This document shows, one piece after another, positions 57,285 through 64,000 of a stretch of DNA of 64,000 nt. Location: contig CAWHXP010000006.1 in assembly GCA_963833425.1 (NCBI GenBank), positions 96,001 through 160,000 on the forward strand, read 5' to 3'. Positions within the stretch are counted from its first letter, which is position 1. Every line of letters begins with the position of its first letter. This DNA is from an uncultured Methanosarcinaceae archaeon (lineage in GTDB: Archaea > Halobacteriota > Methanosarcinia > Methanosarcinales > Methanosarcinaceae). Under the pieces are notes generated by a model. The model saw only the letters and a list, made by a program, of their open reading frames with translations, made no database searches and was not told where the DNA came from. The translations under genes and the position numbers were made by a program.

Positions 57285-58553
57285 ATGAGAGGATGGTTTA
57301 AGTTTGCTGCAGCGGTGATAGCTACTGTACTCATCGCTGGTTGTGTGCAGCCGGGAGAAAAAGCTCCTACGAAAGCTGAGGTCGAGGTTCCACTTGGTGT
57401 ACTTATGGATCTTTCTGGACCGCTGACCACACATGGTGAGGACATTAAAAACACGGTTACAATTGCCGCTGAAGATATAAATAAAAAATTTGAAAAGGAT
57501 GGAAAACCGTATAGGGTCAAGCTCTATGTTGAGGATACAAAGGCTGATCCAAAAATAGCCCTGGATAAGATCATGGCGTTGCATACACAGGGCGTGAAGC
57601 TTATCGTTGGACCACAGAGCAGTGGGGAAGTAAAGAATATTATCGGATATGTCGGATCGAACAAGATAATTGTAGCTTCTCCCTCCTCAACTGCAGAAAC
57701 GAAGTATCTAGGTGTGACAGCGCCAGATGAGAAGAAGTATGTTTTCAGGTTCGTACCTACAGACTCTTTTCAGACTAAAGCTATAGCAAAGCTTGCTCAT
57801 GAACTGGGTGTTAAGGCGGTAGTTATAACTTACATTAGCAACGCCTGGGGCAAAGGTCTGGAGGAATTCGGTAAGGAGGAATTTCAAAAGCAAGGAATCG
57901 AAGTAAAGAACTCAGTAGGATATCCCGACCCTACACCTGCGGACTTCACACCATACATAGCCACGATTGAAGGAAATGTAAATGATCTAATGAAAAACTA
58001 CACCAAAGATCAGATTGCAGTTGTGGCTTTCAGCTACGAAGAAATTGCTACTATGCTTGCGCAGACGCAAGATAACTCAGTGCTGCTAAACGTCAAGTGG
58101 ATAGGGTGCGATGGAATAACGAAAAGTAGCAAGATTGTAGCTGATGTTCCTGGGAAAGCGAACAAGATTAAACTTTACAGCACAGTCTCGGAAACAAGGG
58201 GTACAAAAGAATTCGATGATCTGAACAGTACTTACCATCAGCGTATTGGCAGCTCGCCCATGAGCTACGGTTTGAATGCTTATGATGCAACATGGATACT
58301 GGCTCTATCCTTTGCGCAGGTATACGACAAACAGGGTAAGTATAATGATGATGCTATAGCAGAGGCTGTGCCGAAGGTGACGGGTGAATATAGTGCGGGC
58401 AAGTATGGCATATATCCTGTGAGTGGCGCGATAAAATTAAATGAATATAAAGATAGGATTGGCTTGGAGTATAAAATCTATGCCGTCTCTAATGGAAGCT
58501 GGAACGAACGTGGAGCATGGAAGTTTGCTACGAATGAAATAAAGTGGAGTTGA
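57285..58553 (+). CDS. Branched-chain amino acid ABC substrate-binding lipoprotein (LivK-like)
   Basis: Lipobox IAGC, DLSGPL, EDTKADP, SPSSTA, YVFRFVPTD, AYDA. Confidence 0.92.
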   Translation: MRGWFKFAAAVIATVLIAGCVQPGEKAPTKAEVEVPLGVLMDLSGPLTTHGEDIKNTVTIAAEDINKKFEKDGKPYRVKLYVEDTKADPKIALDKIMALHTQGVKLIVGPQSSGEVKNIIGYVGSNKIIVASPSSTAETKYLGVTAPDEKKYVFRFVPTDSFQTKAIAKLAHELGVKAVVITYISNAWGKGLEEFGKEEFQKQGIEVKNSVGYPDPTPADFTPYIATIEGNVNDLMKNYTKDQIAVVAFSYEEIATMLAQTQDNSVLLNVKWIGCDGITKSSKIVADVPGKANKIKLYSTVSETRGTKEFDDLNSTYHQRIGSSPMSYGLNAYDATWILALSFAQVYDKQGKYNDDAIAEAVPKVTGEYSAGKYGIYPVSGAIKLNEYKDRIGLEYKIYAVSNGSWNERGAWKFATNEIKWS

Positions 58554-58577
58554 TGGAAGCTGGAACGAACATGCAGT

Positions 58578-59351
58578 ATGGAAACGCACCAAGGACTAAA
58601 TAAAGTCGAATTAACAACTCAAAAACTCACAAAACGCTTCGGCGAACTTCAAGCTCTCGATGGGGTGAGTATAGAGATTAAAAATTGCATAACGTTAATA
58701 ATCGGGCCTAACGGAGGCGGAAAGACCACACTTATAAACACGGTTACTGGTTTCCTCAGTGCGGATGAAGGTGAAGTTTTTTTCAGGAAGAGGGAGATAA
58801 CAGATCTTTCTCCTCACAAAATTTTTAAACGTGGCATAGTAAGAACCTTCCAGACCCCCAAACCACTTCTAAAACTTACAGTTATTGAGAATCTGCTTAT
58901 AGCGGAAGCAAATTATGGGGAAAGCATAATTCAGAGCTTAGGTAAAAGCTGGCTTGCGAAAGAAGAGATGCTTGTAAAAAAAGCTTTTTCAGTTCTGGAT
59001 TTCTTAGGTTTAGAGCACATGTGGAATGAGTTTGCAATGAACCTGAGTGGAGGGCAGCTAAGGCTTCTTGAGATAGGCAGAGCGCTCATGTGTCAGACGA
59101 AGCTTATTATTATGGATGAGCCTATTGCAGGCATAGCCCCTGATTTGTCCCATGTTATCCTTAAGAAGCTCAGAAAACTTTCAGAGATGGGGATTTCTTT
59201 TCTCATAGTGGAGCATCGGTTAGATATAGTTCTTGAATACGTTGACCATATTTACGTCATGGCAGGAGGAAGAATTATTGCTGAGGGTAGAAGTAAGGAT
59301 ATATTAGAACATCCGGAGGTTATAGAGGTGTATTTGGGTGCTCAGAGTTGA
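58578..59351 (+). CDS. ABC ATPase (LivG-like)
   Basis: [30 protein letters not shown]. Confidence 0.93.
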   Translation: METHQGLNKVELTTQKLTKRFGELQALDGVSIEIKNCITLIIGPNGGGKTTLINTVTGFLSADEGEVFFRKREITDLSPHKIFKRGIVRTFQTPKPLLKLTVIENLLIAEANYGESIIQSLGKSWLAKEEMLVKKAFSVLDFLGLEHMWNEFAMNLSGGQLRLLEIGRALMCQTKLIIMDEPIAGIAPDLSHVILKKLRKLSEMGISFLIVEHRLDIVLEYVDHIYVMAGGRIIAEGRSKDILEHPEVIEVYLGAQS

Positions 59352-60042
59352 GAACTTTTTTGCAGGTTATAAGGAACTGCGCATCCTATTTGATATAAAT
59401 GCCTTAGTGGAGAAAGGAAAGATTACTACAATTGCAGGACCGAATGGCAGTGGAAAAAGTACGTTTTTAAAGTCTGTTTTTGGCCTTGTTACCATCCAGT
59501 CGGGCAGAGTTCTTTATAAAAGCGAGGACATAACCCTAATTCCACCCCACAAAAAGACCAAGATAGGTATAGCTTACCTCCCACAGGTAGAGAACATTTT
59601 TACTAATCTAACAGTTGAAGAAAACCTCAGAATTGCTGGCTATACTCTTAAAAATGAGGAATACAAGGAGCGGCTGAATTTAGTAAAAGAGATATTTCCT
59701 GAGCTAAAAATGAGGTTAAAACAAAATGGAGGGTCATTAAGTGGTGGCGAGAGACAATTTCTTGCAATAGCCTCAGCTCTTATAAAAAAGGCAGAGCTTC
59801 TCATGCTTGATGAACCCACAGCCATGCTTTCGCCGAGACTTGCAAGTGATACATTCAAAAAAATTTTGGAAATAAAAGAAATGTTTGGACTTACAGTACT
59901 TATAGTGGAGCAAAACGTCAAAAAGGCCCTGGAAATAAGCGATAATGCATACATGCTGATGAATGGAAGGATCGTTTTTGAAGGCAAATCAGAAGAACTA
60001 CTCAATCATGAAAAATTCGAAAGATTTTGCATAGGAATTTAA
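59338..60042 (+). CDS. ABC ATPase (LivF-like)
   Basis: [24 protein letters not shown]. Confidence 0.93.
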   Translation: MLRVENFFAGYKELRILFDINALVEKGKITTIAGPNGSGKSTFLKSVFGLVTIQSGRVLYKSEDITLIPPHKKTKIGIAYLPQVENIFTNLTVEENLRIAGYTLKNEEYKERLNLVKEIFPELKMRLKQNGGSLSGGERQFLAIASALIKKAELLMLDEPTAMLSPRLASDTFKKILEIKEMFGLTVLIVEQNVKKALEISDNAYMLMNGRIVFEGKSEELLNHEKFERFCIGI

Positions 60043-60971
60043 CCTAATGGCTATCGGCCGGTTTCAACTCGATAATAACTGTAATTAAGATAGTGATTTT
60101 TCCATCATGGAATGAAGACGGTAATTGCGGCAATTGTGGAGCTTGCGGTGCTTACGACCCAAGCGACAAAAAGAAGTTGCGAAAAGAAAGATGAAATAAG
60201 CTGGCTGGTAATTTTTGCACTGGCTTCATTTGCCTCTTTTTCGTTGGAGAACGGTTTCTTCGGTGGGTATGCCCTCCAGTTTTTTGTCCTTCTATAGTAC
60301 TTTCTGCTTTCCGTATAGAAAGAGCGTAGGGAAGTCCCAACGCAACATTGTCACCGATTTGGTGTGTTATTTCTGGAGTTAATTTTGTAGGTCTGCCATA
60401 AATTCAACGTTTTTTACTCTTTATAATAACTGTCAATGAATGTCGTACTTTATACTTACTTAGTTCTCTTAGACACAACGGCGGGTTTATATATGTCAAA
60501 TCGTAACAAAGAACAATTCTCAGCCTTTTTAAGACGTTTTTTTAACTATTATAATGGTATACCGCTGAGAAGGTTGGGCAAAGTCAGAGCTTGAAGCTGT
60601 ATTATTTACTTTATTATATGCTTCTACTCCATAGATAATATAAATCGCTGCCGCTTTACTATGTATCAATGATAGCAGATATTCATCTTTTGCACCTTGC
60701 AAATCAGGCGATACATTGTGCAAATCACTATCATCTATAGCTGCCTGATTATCTGTAGACAAGATACCTCCATACGTAGAAAGTGACGTGAGATCATGGT
60801 TTTTGCTGTGGTAACCATATAGTCATTCTCATTAGCCACTGCGGTGTGTCAGCCACACCTACTGCCTTCCATTTATTGTAAGTTTGATAGGTTACACCAA
60901 CATTTTCGGCAGCAAGAGAATATGAAAGTTCTAAAGCAATATTGTAACCTATTCGTTAGTGTGCGTTTTCA

Positions 60972-61550
60972 TCATTTTGGATTGATTTTCAGAGCAATTT
61001 TATACTGTTCTTCAGCTTCTTCCAAACGCTTCGTTTCTGTTAGTAAATTTCCGTAACTACGATGTATATCTGCATCACTTGGGTCGAGATCCAGAGCAAG
61101 CTTATACTGTTCTTCAGCTTCTTCCCATCTCTCCATTTCTGTTAGTGAATCTCCGTAACTACAATGTATATCTGCATCATTTGAGTCGAGATCCAGAGCA
61201 AGCTTATACTGTTCTTCAGCTTCTTCGCATCGCTCCATTTCTGCTAGTAAATCTCCGTAACTACAATGTATTTCTGCATCATTTGGATTGATTTTCAGAG
61301 CAAGTTTAAACTGTTCTTCAGCTTCTTCCCATCGCTCCACTTCTACTAGTAAATCTCCATAACTACAATGTATATCTGCATCATTTGGATCGATGTCCAG
61401 AGCAAGTTTAAACTGTTCTTCAGCTTCTTCCCATCGCTCCACTTCTACTAGTAAATCTCCATAACTACAATGTATATCTGCATCATTTGGATTGATTTTC
61501 AGAGCAAGTTTAAACTGTTCTTCAGCTTCTTTTGCATTCTTTTCTTCCAT
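60972..61550 (-). CDS. TPR protein, five near-identical 34-aa (102-bp) repeats, probably truncated
   Basis: Unit NDADIHCSYGDLL.E.ERWEEAEEQ.KLAL; ends at an apparent frameshift (AAT CCA AAA TGA). Confidence 0.85.
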   Translation of the reverse strand: MEEKNAKEAEEQFKLALKINPNDADIHCSYGDLLVEVERWEEAEEQFKLALDIDPNDADIHCSYGDLLVEVERWEEAEEQFKLALKINPNDAEIHCSYGDLLAEMERCEEAEEQYKLALDLDSNDADIHCSYGDSLTEMERWEEAEEQYKLALDLDPSDADIHRSYGNLLTETKRLEEAEEQYKIALKINPK

Positions 61551-61639
61551 AACAAAATCCTCAGTTTAATTAAATCACTTAATTGATTATTAAGTATCAT
61601 TTAGAGTAATACAGTGTAATTAAAGTAAGACAGTAAAGA

Positions 61640-61836
61640 CTACGTAATTCTAATACTAATTAGTTTTGGTCAGTACAATTTAGAATTTATACAAAAAATA
61701 TATAACTGATTAAATGTTCTATAATTTAACGGTTTACCAGTATTTTCAAGCAAACCTACCATCTAACTGCAGGCACTACTCACATGCAGTCACAAATCAA
61801 CTTTTTGGTATCTAAGATCAGCCGGGTCATTTAAAT
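61640..61836 (+). repeat. Repeat A copy 3 (partial)
   Basis: TAATACTAATTAG, AAAAATATATAA, hairpin 61766-61790, T5 at 61802. Confidence 0.7.
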
Positions 61837-62150
61837 TAACAAAAACTAAGTTATTGATGGCTTTCGACGATGTATTGGTTGTTATTTACATGCTCGATGA
61901 CAAAATTACGATGAAGCAAGCAGTATATTTTATAGTTAAAATCAGTATTGGCTGTGCATTTTTGGGTATCTTGATAGGAATATTTACTTTGTTTTTCTTA
62001 GTGAAACAGAATTAAAATAAGCACCAGAGAGATTAAACAAGTTCAAAGCACTGATAAAATAAAAATCAGCCCACCGAAATTTGTTCAATTAGTCGCATGA
62101 AGGCGACTATTGGGAATGTTTTTCGCGAGCGGAATAATTGGCTCTTCTAA

Positions 62151-62654
62151 AATATGATTTTCAACCAACTAGAGTCTTCAAATTTGAGATTTCACAGAAC
62201 CAAAACGGCGTACTGCCAATCTACTTAATTAAGTTAGATCACAATCATAAAAAGAAAAATGTGATATTCAGACTTTATGATTGTTCGTTCATACTCATTA
62301 TTTATTACAAGTATGTCTTCTGTTATTTATATTCCCATTAGGTCCAAATTATTCCCACTATTTTCCCATTATATTCCCATTAAAAATAATATAAAAACAA
62401 TAACTAGGGAATTAAAATCATACAAAAAAGGGAATTATATTCCCAAAATAAAAAAAATGATATACGATTTTTTTAAAGTAATATCCGAAATATTAGAATG
62501 TCAAAAAGTGTAATTTTTTATTTCTTTCTTGCATTTTCGGAGTTTTGGGAACAAAATGTCAAATGATTGCGTTTCAATGGGAAAATAATGGGAATATTTT
62601 GGGATAAATGGGAATATTTGGGGAATAAAAGAATCATTTGCCTTTGTACCCTAA
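62151..62654. repeat. Repeat B copy 3 (complete origin-like module)
   Basis: Left TTCCC array 62332-62378, central GGGAATTATATTCCC, right GGGAA array 62579-62625. Confidence 0.9.
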
Positions 62655-63030
62655 TCAGGCGTCGTTCAGGAAGATAAATTCCTTATCAAAGAGTGACCAG
62701 TAATCAAACTTTGATTTATCTATGCTGAACTTAAAAGCCCTATTTCCACTACTGCTTTTTAGCGTTTCTCCATTTCTCTCATATTTTGTATCTGTTTCTT
62801 CTTCCATTTTTAACCCCTTAATCTTGTCAAGGAGTCCACCGGCTTCTCTGTCTTTCCTACCAACTAAGGCTCTTTTCACGCTTTGATAGTTAATGCCTGT
62901 GTGACTTGATATATCATTAATTGTGCATTTCGCTTTACTCGCTATATATTGGATTATCTGCCTTTCGTTTTCGTTCATTTTTGTTACAGTGTTCTCTGAT
63001 AGGACTAGGCTATAGACAGGCTCAATGTAA
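62655..63030 (-). pseudogene. C-terminal winged-helix remnant of a putative Rep/primase-helicase protein
   Basis: Frame stays open upstream of the listed Met (IEPVYSLVLSENTVTKMNENERQII); HTH TINDISSHTGINYQSVKRAL; stop abuts the iteron module. Confidence 0.55.
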
Positions 63031-63399
63031 GGTTTTCATTCGTTGGTAATGATTTTTGTATAATAGTCGCCACAAAATCACTCTTAAAGTCTCTAAAGTA
63101 GTTTCCGTGGGCTTTGCAGACAACTGTTTTTGGTGACCGTTGTGGCTATGTTAGAGATCGTAATAGAGATCATCATATATAGACAATGAAGGTTTATCTG
63201 GATTTGTTGGCCATAGCGAATTATTTGATGATTACTGCCCTAAAGTTGTAGATTTAATTTATTATATAGTTTTTCCATATACTCTAACTATTATATTAAA
63301 AACTATTTGGTATTTTAAAATCACGAAGCTCAAATATGTTAATTTAATATAGGGAAGCTTTTCATGCTAGTCAATAAATGACTATATCTCAGCCTTACA

Positions 63400-64000
63400 G
63401 CATGCTTATAATGCATTCAATAGGAGAACTTTAACCAACTCCTGAAAATGCCTTGAATCGCCACACAATCAACCTTCTTTTCTTTATTTAATTGGTTTAG
63501 GTGGCCCAGGCGCTGATCCAAAATATCGAGGAATTTCAAGCACTATGAATTCATGACTTTATTTCCGATCTCTTCTGCTACCTCTCTTTCAGCTACAGGT
63601 ACTGTGACCATAATTTTTCTAGTTGCCCTATTTTTGCAGAGTTCAATGGCTGCTCTCATGGTAGAATCCATTGCAATACCATCATCTACAAGTATCACGG
63701 TTCTTCCTTTCATATTGCAGGGAATTTCCTCCTCTGAAAGCTTTTATGTGTCTATCGATCTCTGCAATCTGCTGCTGTTTGATTTTCTCAATATTTTCCT
63801 CTGAGAACCAGTAATAAACATTTTCAAAGATGAAAGTGCTTCCATTCTCGACTATTGCCCCAAACCCGGCTTCAGAGTTATCCGGAAAAGACAGTTTCTT
63901 TGTAATGATGAGGGAAAAATATACTTTAAGTTCCTTGCAATCTGCAATCCTACTTCCACTCCCCCACGCGGGATAGCAAGAATGAGAGGGTTTTCTGCCT
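63400..64000 (-). pseudogene. Phosphoribosyltransferase, frameshifted, begins beyond the window
   Basis: LAIPRGGV, KKLSFP.NSEAGFGA, RTVILVDDGIA in different frames. Left boundary approximate. Confidence 0.8.

Noticed and set aside
60529..60860. Fragment of a secreted or lipoprotein gene
   Set aside because: Probably a pseudogene, but no family could be assigned.

Overview
Chromosomal segment of a methanogenic archaeon, most likely Methanosarcina or a close relative (ahbD/A/B-sirC-hemA, gltX, pyrD/K, pyrB/I, priS-GINS, rpl44e-rps27e-aIF2a-nop10-PAC2-EndoQ, cbiD/E). Core operons are separated by long AT-rich stretches with pseudogenes, IS5/IS6 remnants and several MITE families. The main novel candidate is 46.6-63.3 kb, which looks like a tandem array of decayed integrative elements with phage-satellite (PICI/SaPI)-like architecture. 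It holds three copies of an origin-like module (inverted, helically phased TTCCC/GGGAA iteron arrays), two of them directly 3' of a Rep-like wHTH remnant. It also holds three copies of a TATA-hairpin-oligo(T) module (candidate sRNA), a terminase-small-subunit-like gene and cargo of foreign-looking composition. Other notable points are a 569-bp quasi-palindrome made of two pentapeptide-repeat gene ends, an inverted heme cluster with no hemB, and an unannotated 52-aa Zn-ribbon gene. No CRISPR array, rRNA, tRNA or integrase was recognised. All calls come from reading the sequence; no database search was run.
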